From positions 53,639 through 117,638 of the forward strand of contig NIVC01003139.1 in NCBI GenBank assembly GCA_002269645.1: a DNA stretch of 64,000 bases, in the 5' to 3' direction. Of this stretch, positions 42,463 to 52,600 are shown piece after piece (within the stretch, counting starts at the first letter, position 1; each line of letters opens with the position of its first letter). Source of the DNA: Macrostomum lignano (taxonomy: Eukaryota). Position numbers and translations under genes: made by a program. The notes under the pieces are model-generated. The model was not told the origin of the DNA. It saw nothing but the letters and a program-made list of their open reading frames with translations, and searched no databases.

Positions 42463-45241
42463 TTAAAGGTGCGAAGCAGCGAAAGCAGCGGGATCTTCTG
42501 ACTGCTGGTTGAATAGCGACCAGCAGAATTCAATTGGACAAACGAAACCATCATCCAAATCACTAAATTCGATACTGCGCTTTGCCTGTTGATCTGATAT
42601 TCTGCGCCATGACATTGGCAGATCCGGCATCTTGGCTCCATGCCGTTCTGCAAGTTGATCCTTGAATTTGCACATGAACCACTTCCAGAAGTCTGATGGT
42701 CCGTCATGAAAATTTTCACAACTCAGTTCAGGAAAGTAATTCTTGTAGTCTGAAAATTTGTGTCTCTCGCAGTTTTCCGACTCTTCACTGTGACACTTGA
42801 ATCTGACTTTTGCACAGGTAAATTCTCCACCGCTGCGAACCAGGTCAGCACAAGTGTACAAGGCAAGCTCATTTTTTGAGTCGACAATGCCTGCTACACC
42901 TGCTGGTCTGCGACCAGTGCAGACTTCCGGATCTCGAATTTCGGATTCTAGAAAACTTTTGGTTTTGAATGACTTTTGTCTACTGATTTCAAAAACCGAA
43001 GAATCAAAATCACTACAGATGTCCCCACAGAATGGGCAAGTTGCAGGTCTTTGTGAAAGTGATGCCGGGACAAAATCATCCGATCTCCTGCACCATGAAA
43101 AAAGTTCCGGCCTCTCTTCTATTTCAGCAACTACATCATGGCTTAATGACTGCAGTTGACTTGAAAGCGCTGAACTAAACGCGTTGATGTTTCTGACACA
43201 GTGGCTATCTGTTTTAAAATCTGGTAGCGGAATCGAATCCACGATCATAGAGCGGAAGCTCTGAAGCCAAATATTCAGCAAGTTGCTGGCCATCTTTGAC
43301 TTTCGTTGCTCTCTGCTGCAGTAACTCTGAGCACGTTTAACGGCACTAACTATGCGCTGTACTTGCTTATCAAGAAATGTTTCAATGGTTTGAGAAGTGT
43401 GATTTCTCCTGTCGGGATTGAATGCTGTTTTTCGAATCATTTCCTGCATTCTATTTCGTGTAAACAGCCATGGGTCATCAATAAGTTCGATGAAATCGGG
43501 AAATTTCCCACCTTCAATAAGGGATTTCATCGCAATCGACAACAGGTACTCTTTTCGAAGTATAAATATGTGGCGATTTGCAAATCTTTCGAAATCAAGA
43601 AATCTAAATCTCAGGTGTTCAACAGCAGTCTTCTTCATGGCCTCCTTGATCTGATGTATCACATAAGAAGCACTGATGATGTCATCGCTTGTATTTTTAA
43701 ACCTCCCAATAAAATCTTGCTTTGCTGTCGGTTTAAAAGACTCAAGCTGAGTCTTCACCCCATGCTTCTGTTCATATCGCCTCTGAGCATCCCTAAGAAT
43801 ACCAGCCGAAACCTTGCAAGCGTGGACTGACAGGAATACCTTAAACTGAGGCTTTAGTTTGATTGTTGATGATGAGTTCTTGTTGAATTCATCAACTTTT
43901 GTTGTCACGAAACTGACAATCTCCTTAAAAAAACTTGCGCCTTGCAGTTGTCGCTCGTCTCTATACGCCAAATTTGACAGCTCAAAGTGGGCGTCAACTT
44001 CTCTGATGATTTTTTTGGCATTGGCAAACACGATTTCACGACATTCATCGTCAGAAAGTATATTTGACTCATCACTATGTTCAGATTTTTGTTTGGAAAA
44101 ATGCTCAGACAGGACTTGTTCCAATCTCATCAGACTTTCTGCATTGGCTTCCAGCCTTTTTTCATCAGTTTTTGTTGGATTTAACTGACAAATCTCGGTA
44201 TCAAGAAGGTTGATTTGATCAGAGAAAATCTCTCTGAGCCCCTTTTCTGCCTCTGAGAAAAAGTCACACCGGAAGCTCTCAGTGCTGGAGATTTCACTCA
44301 TAAGCTTTTCCCAAAGTTCATCGAATTTTTTCATTAATAACTCATCAGAGATGTCTTGGCCTTTAAGTTCCTCCGCCAGCTTTTTAGCACTAGTGAAGAT
44401 TTCCTGCTGACAGTTTTCAAGCTTTCCTTTGCTTTCAATCATTATTCTCTGCTCTTCCTTGATGTCCCGTAGTCTGTCGTATGTTTCGTCTTTCAAAACT
44501 CCAACGTCTCGCTGCAGACGCTGAGTTTTTTCCAGTTTCCACTGAAAAATGAGCTGGTCTTCACTGTGCTGGTCAAAATAACTTTCTAGTTCAGTTTGAG
44601 TGTTTTTTCCTTTATCGTCTAGAAACTTGTGCATCTCGCCTTCTGCTTGAGCCAAAGTCTGGCTAAGCGCATTTGAGTCTGTGCAAGAGTTCAGCATCTT
44701 AGCTCCGTCATCCATCAGCCACTGAAACGTCGATGCTTCCAGTCGAGTTTTTAATTCCCTAAACTTTTTCTCGACTTCCTTATATGCTCGAAGCTCAAGA
44801 GTATTTCGAAAGCCGAAGACGAAATCTTCTTTGCAAACGGCATCCCACAAGTCCTTGATCCTAACTGCCAGATCACTGACTGAGAGGTTGTAGTCCTTGA
44901 AGCTTTGAAGAACTGTAAGGATGAGTTGCTTCGTTTCCTGCACATCTCTGCTGTAGGCTGGACTCACAGCGGCAAACGGAGGTTTCCCTTCCCACAAATT
45001 CGACAGGAAGACTACGTTTTTACTGGCGTCAAAAGCGATTATGTCTGTGAACTTCTTTACATCGTCGATTCCCTCTTCCTGCGCCGCAGTTTCAACAGTC
45101 TTGTCCAGAGTCTCAACAAGCTTGACTTTTGCTTTTTGAGTCTTCTCAGCCGAGTCGACAGCGCACACGTTCTGGTGAACGAACAAGCACGTCTTATCGA
45201 GTCTGAGCTTCTGGAAGGCCATTCTCATTCTGAGAAATGCA
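42463..45241 (-). pseudogene. GVIN1: VLIG/GVIN1-like very large GTPase, 3' part (separated by retrotransposon insertion)
   Basis: Open frame HAFLRM...CLFVHQNV...LWEGKPPFAAVSPAYS...DLWDAVCKEDFVFGFRNTLE...CPFCGDICS...RRPAGVAG...FWKWFMCKF, typical of VLIG C-terminal halves; joins the 5' part in frame when the element is removed. Confidence 0.88.
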
Positions 45242-45405
45242 ATCGTTACTCTCTGAGTAAGGGGTGTTAGACGCGCCGGAGGGTGCCGCTGTACATATCG
45301 CTGTACTTTGGCGGGGGGTTGAGGTGTGGGGGTTGGCCACGCCAGCCAGCTTAAAGCCTCTGCACCCGGCCCGGCTTGGCTCCGCCGCCATTTCTCAATT
45401 TTTTT
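45242..45405 (+). repeat. Split direct repeat A1 (164 bp)
   Basis: Identical to 49312-49475. Confidence 0.95.
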
Positions 45406-45419
45406 GCTCAGCCACCGCC

Positions 45420-46535
45420 ATGAGTGCCAGCCCAAAGCGACTAACCGTGCGCCAACTCAAGGCTGAGCTGCGAAACAGAGGCCTGCCTACTACGGGCCGC
45501 AAACAACAGCTTGCCAAGCGCTTGTCTACTGCACTCGGTTTAGAGCAAGCTGACGAAGACTTCAACAACTCCGAGATGACTTCTGCTCCGGACGCCGAAG
45601 ACGGCATCGGCAGCGCGGGCGAGGCGCCTCCGGGGGCGGGGAGCGACCGTCTGGCTGCGTTGCGGCAGGAGGTGGAGCTGCTCGAACTGCAAGTCCTGGA
45701 AGGCCGTCGTCGTGATCTTCAGCAACAGCTTCACACTCAGCAGCGCTTGACGGCTCAGCCCCAGCCAGCATCATCATCAGGTGAGCATAACGCACATGCC
45801 AGTCTGCAGTTGCCCGAGGTTTTTGAATCTGGGATGAGGGAGGCGGCTCAGCTTCAGGCCGCTAATTGCCAGGCTCCGACTCGCAAGTTGCATCTCGTCA
45901 GAGACCACATCAAGCTAGCCAGAGGATCCGGCTCAGCCAGTCAGGAGCAGTTGATCGCCACTATGGAGAATGGCTCGCTCACATTCAGAAAGCAGGAGCC
46001 GAAGCTGTCTAGTATCTCTGCTGGTCAGTGGATCGCGGCCAACTCGATCATCTTGCAAAAGCTGATCAAGGAAAAACTCCCGGTGGCTGCTGGAAGCACT
46101 GATGGTCTCCTGACTGACGTCCTTGGCTACCTTGACTACAATCGCAAGATCGGAGAGCTGCTGGCTGCTGACTACCCAGAGTCCGTAATCTGGGAGTTTG
46201 ACGAGGACTACCGGAGGCTGGTGGCGGAGTCGGGCATGGCGTGGGGTGAGGAGCCCCCTCAGTTGTACCACAAGCACCTCAACGCCCCCAGAAACCTGCG
46301 GTTCACGTTCGCTAAGCAGCCCAGCCAGCAGCAAATCCCGGCAGCAACCAGGCCGATCTGTCTGCGCTTCAACTCCGAGTCCGGATGCAACCGCCAGAAC
46401 TGCAAGTTCCGCCACGTCTGCAAAATCCAAGGCTGCCTGGCAGCGCACCCGGCTCATGCTCACACGCAGTCGCCGCAGTCATTTCTCACCGGACAGCTGC
46501 CGGGTCACGTGACTGGTGCAAGTGCAAAAAACTGA
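45420..46535 (+). CDS. Gag-like ORF1 (371 aa): N-terminal SAP domain, coiled coil, C-terminal CCCH-type zinc knuckle
   Basis: ATG in GCCACCGCCATG context; LTVRQLKAELRNRGLPTTGRKQQLAKRL fits the SAP consensus; ICLRFNSESGCNRQNCKFRHVCKIQGCLAAH. Confidence 0.88.
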   Translation: MSASPKRLTVRQLKAELRNRGLPTTGRKQQLAKRLSTALGLEQADEDFNNSEMTSAPDAEDGIGSAGEAPPGAGSDRLAALRQEVELLELQVLEGRRRDLQQQLHTQQRLTAQPQPASSSGEHNAHASLQLPEVFESGMREAAQLQAANCQAPTRKLHLVRDHIKLARGSGSASQEQLIATMENGSLTFRKQEPKLSSISAGQWIAANSIILQKLIKEKLPVAAGSTDGLLTDVLGYLDYNRKIGELLAADYPESVIWEFDEDYRRLVAESGMAWGEEPPQLYHKHLNAPRNLRFTFAKQPSQQQIPAATRPICLRFNSESGCNRQNCKFRHVCKIQGCLAAHPAHAHTQSPQSFLTGQLPGHVTGASAKN

Positions 46536-48391
46536 TGCCATTTTATCCAGCTGACTGCTCTGCTTTTAATTCCGATTTTTCTGCTTTTACTTCTTCGCTG
46601 CCCATCTCGTCTGACCTGCAACCTGACGCCTGGAGTGCTCTGCTCAGCGACGACCCAGACCGCGACTTTCTGATGCAAGGCGTCGTCAACGGTTTCGCTC
46701 TCACCAATGCTGGCCAGCCACCTTTGACTTCGTCCAGGAACCACGCCTCCGCCCTGCTGCACCGCTCTGCTGTGGAAGCCCAGGTCGAGGAGGAGCTGCG
46801 CCTTGGGAGGTACATCCGGTGGAGCGGCCCGATCAAAATCAACCCCATCGGTGCCCTTCCCAAGTCCGACGGGCGGGTCCGCCTGATCCATGACCTGTCC
46901 TATCCGACCGGCCAGTCTGTCAACGACTTCTACGACCAACAGAAGCACATCAAGTACTGCACTGTCCAGCAGCTGGTTCGTCATCTCCATCCGGGACACT
47001 ACATGGCCAAAATTGATCTCAAAAGCGCCTACAGGTCCGTGCCAATCAGGCCTGCTGACTACCGGCTCGTCGGCCTCGCCTGGCGGTTTGACTCGGACAG
47101 CCAGGACAGTCTGCTCTGCGACACCAGGCTTCCCTTCGGCGCCAAAGCTGCTTGCGAAGTTTTTCACCGTCTTTCAGCCGCCGTTACCCGGCACATGCAC
47201 CGGCTTGGCTTTTCTGCTACGGTGAACTACCTGGATGACTGGGCAGTCGCTGGGAAATCCGAGTCCGAGGCTTTCGCTGCTTTCAATTGCCTGCTGGACA
47301 TCTTGCAGCGCCTCGGCTTTGCCATCAACTGGGACAAGGTTGTCAGGCCTACGCAATGCATCGACTTCCTTGGCGTGCGCATCAACACCGCTACCGGCAC
47401 CAAGTCGCTGCCCGAGGAGAAAGCTCTCGAGACGACAAAGCTGCTGACTCAAACCTGCTCGGAGACTCGGGTGCACATGCGCTCTGCTCAGAAGCTGATT
47501 GGCAAGCTTGGCTGGTTCTGTCAGATTGTCCCTCATGTCAGAGTCTTCCTGCGTCCGCTCTTCGACTGGCTGACAACTGCTGTTGACTGCAAGCTTTGGG
47601 TGACCGATGAGACCCGCGCCAACCTGTCCTGGTGGCTCAGAGCCCTGGCTTGGCTCCCCCCGGTGCCTTTGTGGCCGCGCTTTGATGAGGAGTTTGCCAT
47701 GGAGACTGACAGCAGCCGGTCGGGCGCAGCCGCAGTCATCTGGGGTGCCGAGAGTTGCTGGAGTGTCATCGACTGGGAGCTGGACTGCGGTGGTGTGTTC
47801 AAGGATGTTCATATCAACTTCAAGGAGGCTCTGGCACCTTTGCTGATCATCCTGCACCGTCGCTCTCAGCTAAAGAACTGCAAGATTGTCATCTACACCG
47901 ACAGCACCGCTGCGGCTGGCATGATCAATCGACTGAGCTGTCGTGACCCGCGGTTCCTGCAGGTGTACCAGACTGTGGCTCTGCTGTGCACCAGGAACAG
48001 CATCAGTTTGGAGGCCTTTCACCTTCCTGGTCGCATGCAGATTTTTGCTGATGCCGCCTCCCGCATGTTTGCCTCGCAGTCTGAGCTCATTAACTTTTGC
48101 TGCCGCTACTACCGTACGCTCGTGATCTGCCCGCTTGAGTTCGCGTCGCACGCGCTCTCTGCCGCTTCCCAATCTCGCCTCCTTTTGCAGGTCGCCCTCG
48201 CCCTCCGGAGACGCCGCCCGTCCGCCGCGCTGTGTCTGCCAGACACCTGTGCCGCCTCGGCCTGGCGGAGAACTCCTGGCGATCCTACCTCAGCCAGCTG
48301 CGCTCCTGGGAAGCCTTCTGTGTTAGCGCAGGCCGCCCTTCATCTCCAGCTGACGGTGACCTGCTCTGCCGCTACATTGCGCACCTGGTGA
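46535..48391 (+). CDS. Reverse transcriptase + RNase H (618 aa from ATG 46535)
   Basis: RLIHDLS, KIDLKSAYRSV, RLPFGAK, NYLDDW, DFLGVRIN; RNase H METDSS, HINFKEALA, YTDST, HLPGRMQIFADAASR. Confidence 0.93.
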   Translation: MPFYPADCSAFNSDFSAFTSSLPISSDLQPDAWSALLSDDPDRDFLMQGVVNGFALTNAGQPPLTSSRNHASALLHRSAVEAQVEEELRLGRYIRWSGPIKINPIGALPKSDGRVRLIHDLSYPTGQSVNDFYDQQKHIKYCTVQQLVRHLHPGHYMAKIDLKSAYRSVPIRPADYRLVGLAWRFDSDSQDSLLCDTRLPFGAKAACEVFHRLSAAVTRHMHRLGFSATVNYLDDWAVAGKSESEAFAAFNCLLDILQRLGFAINWDKVVRPTQCIDFLGVRINTATGTKSLPEEKALETTKLLTQTCSETRVHMRSAQKLIGKLGWFCQIVPHVRVFLRPLFDWLTTAVDCKLWVTDETRANLSWWLRALAWLPPVPLWPRFDEEFAMETDSSRSGAAAVIWGAESCWSVIDWELDCGGVFKDVHINFKEALAPLLIILHRRSQLKNCKIVIYTDSTAAAGMINRLSCRDPRFLQVYQTVALLCTRNSISLEAFHLPGRMQIFADAASRMFASQSELINFCCRYYRTLVICPLEFASHALSAASQSRLLLQVALALRRRRPSAALCLPDTCAASAWRRTPGDPTSASCAPGKPSVLAQAALHLQLTVTCSAATLRTW

Positions 48392-49188
48392 GCACCCGGC
48401 TCCGGTCTTTCTCTAGCCTCCGATCCTACATCCATGCCGTCTCTTTTCTGCACCAAGCCACCGGCGCCCCCGACCCAGCGAAAGACTTCACCGTGCAGCT
48501 GGCCCTTCGCGGCGCCAAACGTCATCTCGGCCTGCGATGCAAACAGGCGAAGCCGCTGACCATCGAGCACCTCAAGAGCATCCATCAGCAGCTCCCGCGC
48601 TCCATCTCAAGCGCAGATCTCAGGGCCGCCTTCTGGGCGGCTCTTCTGGTGGGCTGGTGGGGCATGTTGCGCCTTGGCGACTTCCTATCGACCCGCGGCA
48701 GCCGCTCTGTCTCACGGGCCTGCCTGTCGGCTTCACCTGGCTGCTGGAAGTTGACCCTCCCTAAGTCCAAGACCAACCAGTTCGGGTCGACGCCGCATGT
48801 CGTTCTTCTGCCACCTGTTCAAGAGTCACCGCTCTGCCCTGTGCGCGCTCTACTGTCTCACCTGCACCTGTCACCAGCCAGCGACCCAAGGGCGCCGTTC
48901 TTTGGCTACGGCCACGGAGGCGAGCTCTCAGCCAGCCAGTTCATCAGCTGTCTTCGTGCGTGTCTGGCTGCGTGCGGCCTTCCAGCTGCTGGTTTCTCCG
49001 GCCACAGCATCCGGCGTGGGGGTGCCAGCTTCTGCCATCAAATCGGCTCGTCAGAATCAGACGTTCGGGCTCTTGGGGGCTGGAGATCGGACGCTGTTCT
49101 CCGCTACTTTTCTGCCAGCTCTGCCCTGTCGCGCCGCCAGCGCTCTGCTTCTTTCATGGCTTCGCAGCTGCAGGCTGCGTCCACCTGA
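48191..49188 (+). CDS. Tyrosine recombinase ORF3 (no usable ATG; probably entered by splicing at 48191)
   Basis: Catalytic set GMLRLGD (R), LPKSKTNQ (K), SGHSIRRGG (HxxR), GGWRS (W), LRYF (Y); N-terminal LAENSWRSY...FC SAM-like domain; frame open from 48139; first in-frame ATG only at 48664. Confidence 0.92.
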
Positions 49189-49231
49189 CTGCCTTCCCGC
49201 TTTTACTCCTTCCCTTCCCCATCATTGGGGT

Positions 49232-49311
49232 TGGGATCCGCTTTCTCGGCCGCTGCCTGCTTTTCGCAACTGACTTTGTCTCGTTTGGCTCCTTCCGGCG
49301 TGTTTAATGCA
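49232..49311 (+). repeat. Split direct repeat B1 (80 bp including AATGCA core)
   Basis: Identical to 49545-49624. Confidence 0.95.
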
Positions 49312-49475
49312 ATCGTTACTCTCTGAGTAAGGGGTGTTAGACGCGCCGGAGGGTGCCGCTGTACATATCGCTGTACTTTGGCGGGGGGTTGAGGTGTGGG
49401 GGTTGGCCACGCCAGCCAGCTTAAAGCCTCTGCACCCGGCCCGGCTTGGCTCCGCCGCCATTTCTCAATTTTTTT
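49312..49475 (+). repeat. Split direct repeat A2
   Basis: Identical to A1. Confidence 0.95.
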
Positions 49476-49544
49476 ATCTTCTTTTTACAAACCAGTAAAT
49501 ATTAACTCAGTTAAACTAATAAATAAACGCTTCGCTTGATCCAC

Positions 49545-49624
49545 TGGGATCCGCTTTCTCGGCCGCTGCCTGCTTTTCGCAACTGACTTTGTCTCGTTTG
49601 GCTCCTTCCGGCGTGTTTAATGCA
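49545..49624 (+). repeat. Split direct repeat B2 (right terminus)
   Basis: Identical to B1. Confidence 0.95.
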
Positions 49625-52600
49625 TGCACCACTATCTGCAGCACGTCAGAAATGTCTGTAACACTCTCACCCATGATGTTCATTATGGTGACGTCAGCTA
49701 GCCCTACGGCCATTGTTGCCAGCTCATTGTCTCGAGTCTTCACGCCCTCACCGAGTTCAGGTGCCCGCAATCCTTCCGTGTCGATGACGACGATGAAATC
49801 TACTGGCAGTCCTGATTTGTCTTTATTGTTTTTCACCAGCTGCATGAAGGCGCCTCTGGTGCAGCGTCCAGCACTGACTGGCAGCTGCAGACCGAACATT
49901 GTATTGAGCAAAGTCGACTTTCCCGAGCTCTGAACACCCAAAACTGACACCACCAGAAGTGTCTTCTTGTCGACTGTATCGTCTAGTTTTTTCAGTACAG
50001 CATCGATCCAGTCAATGGCGACAGAGCTGGCTTCACCATCGATCAGCTCTAGAGCGTGTCCGTGAAGAAGCAGCTGAACGGCAGAACTGAGGAGGCTGCT
50101 TGTGAAGTCTTGGTTCTGCTTTGATAGGCTTTCACTGCTCACAATGGCCTCGTAAACCTGTGAGAGCTCACGAAACACATGCTCAAGACCAAATGAGTTT
50201 TCCTCAAGCTCATCTTCGTCGCACCGAGCCGCAATTTTATCATCATTTGGCAGAACCCGTGGAATCAGTTTTCCTGACATACTGTTGAATCTCTGCCTCA
50301 TGTACAACAAAAAAAGTTGAAACCTGCTGGATGCTAAAGACGCTTTTGCAGTGAAAGCCATCATGAAACTCCCCTCTCTCTGCTGCTTTTCAATGCACAG
50401 GCGCTGTTTCTGACGCAGCTCTCGCACTTCCTCTTCGATGCTGTCCACCCATTTGACTCGCTGGTTTCCTGTCAAGTTTCGTTTTCCTCTGAGTTTTTCC
50501 TTCATTTTTCTCGAAATTTCATGCCATCCATTTTTGTGCAGAGGCAAAGCTACTTTTTTGGCCTCACTGACGCCTTTTGGCTCAATAATGTCAGAAACCA
50601 TTTTCATTAGCTCCTTCACCTGATTCTCAATGCACCGTGTCTCCGAGTCCAGTTCATCAACCCACCAGCCTTGCGATTTCGCTCTTTCTGCCAACTGGTT
50701 CAGTGACATCCTCGGTATCGACTCATCACTCGCAGGGTATTTTATGGACTTTATGGCTTCTGAAAGAACACTCCTGAGTTCTTTGGTTAGGTCTGGTATT
50801 GGAACATCCGATCCTTCTTTAGTTTTGCATTTTACAATGGCAACCATCTTCTGCACGCTTTCTTTCCCGAGTTTCTTCGCCATGTTGCGCAAGCAGCTAG
50901 GAGTCTTCGCAGAATCGGTGACTACCAGAAGACGATACTTGCTTTCAAACTTTTTAGTACTTAAATTTTCGAACACATTTATCAGAGCAGTCTCAATATT
51001 TTGACGTTGCTGCTGATTCGAGTCATAATCACCAGGAAGCATCACAATCACGCAATTGGAAACTTCTGCCAGCAGCTGACGCTGCCGGTGCCACTCAAGC
51101 GCGTCTCCCCGCAGGTTCAGGAGGCAAACCGCATCCGGCACTTCTAAGTCCCCATCCGGCAGAATCCAGGTCTGCTCGATGCTGCCATCGCTCATAATTC
51201 TCTCACACTGAGATTTCTTTGTTGCACTGAACACTTCGTGTTTATCGTGAATGCATTTGTTGATAAGCTCAGATTTTGAAAGTGCATTTGTGCCTAGTCT
51301 AAGCACCGACACCACATCAAACGTATCAGAATCCAACGACTTCAGAGCGGACTGCCGACCACATGGATCTTTCGTATTGCGGAACTTGAGCACGCATGAC
51401 CTGAGAGGCCAGACGAATAGAAGTGGCAAACTTGGAGTGAAGCAGCAGGCAACAGGTACAGCAAGTTTGCAGTCGAACAGTTTCTCTGCAACTATCTGCT
51501 TCAGCCGAGCATCGCAGCAAAGAAACGTGATCAGGAAGACGTCAGAGTGGAGAAGTTCAGCATGATCGGAAACGTCTGGGTTGTCATACACAGAATTCGA
51601 TGATGAATCTGGTGTAGGGTGCAATGATTCGGGCTCTGAGTCATCATCATCAGACCAACCATATCCACTAGGTTCCAACTGTTTTTTATTACACAATGCT
51701 TGTTGTGCCTCTGAAACGATGCTCCTGAATGTCTTGTAGTTTGTCATGACGACTGCTTTCAGCATGAGCAGTGGCAAATCTTTAATATCCTTCACCAGAA
51801 TCTGAGCTTCTAATTGCTCATCTCTTAGCTCCATCACTTCACCGAGGGAAATATTTCCAGGAAACTTGTCCTGCAGTCCAAGAGTCTCCAGCACTTCATT
51901 TTGCTTGTTTGTCAGCGATTCCAGACACAGTAAATCTGCTGCTGCATCCTCGTATGTACTGGATGTATTGCTCATAGTCCGCACTCTCTGCTCCCCCAAC
52001 TCCACACGCCAACGTGAACCGTCTGACTTGAAGTTACCCAGCATTTTGTTCACAGCTTCACTTAATTTGCTCCAGTCGCCTGATGCCTGAAACGACTCTA
52101 CTGCTTCTTGCACTTCAGGAGTCCATGAGTTTTGGCCATAGATGCTGAGTAGCTGCATAGCATTTGCGTTGTTACAGGAATCTCCGTAGCTATCAATGAG
52201 GAGTTTGAGCAGACTTAACTGTACGAATTCTGACTCTGAGCTTCTCTCTAGCGACTTCAGAAATTTAATTTTATCACCAAGCGCTTCTGTGAACTGCTCC
52301 AGCTTCTCCAGAGTGAGCAGCAGATCAAAGGCCTGTTCCTTCAGTTGAAATGAGTAGGTCCCCAAGACCAAGCTTGTAACGAACATCTCGCTGCGATTAG
52401 AATTTTCCCTCATTTGCTCCAGAAGGTATCTCACTGCTGCTGTAAGATCCTGCCTAACCACCTGAAGTATGTTCCCTTTGCCGATTGTCTGCTGAGCGAT
52501 CGCATTGCGTACATCAGGTATAACTCGATCATGCATAAGATTCACGAGTTGTTCAGGACTTGTGACCTTGCTATCAGAGAGTATCGAATATTTCAGTGGA

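Larger units (their letters stand above)
45242..49624 (+). mobile_element. Ngaro-type tyrosine-recombinase (YR) retrotransposon with split direct repeats, apparently intact
   Basis: A1 (45242-45405) - gag - RT/RNaseH - YR - B1 (49232-49311) A2 (49312-49475) spacer B2 (49545-49624). A1=A2 and B1=B2 read identical by eye; no conventional TSD, instead a shared AATGCA core; no methyltransferase domain recognised. Confidence 0.93.

Noticed and set aside
45264-45419. N-terminal extension of gag and the MGWHSW... start of ORF 42463-45435
   Set aside because: Both are read-through of repeat A1 from non-ATG codons; they are not part of either protein.
48232-48234. GTG start of the recombinase from the ORF track
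   Set aside because: Bacterial-style start call; the frame is open further upstream and an in-phase splice acceptor explains entry better.
48050-48391. Methyltransferase or SGNH hydrolase domain in the element
   Set aside because: No recognisable motifs after RNase H, and there is no room after the YR stop.
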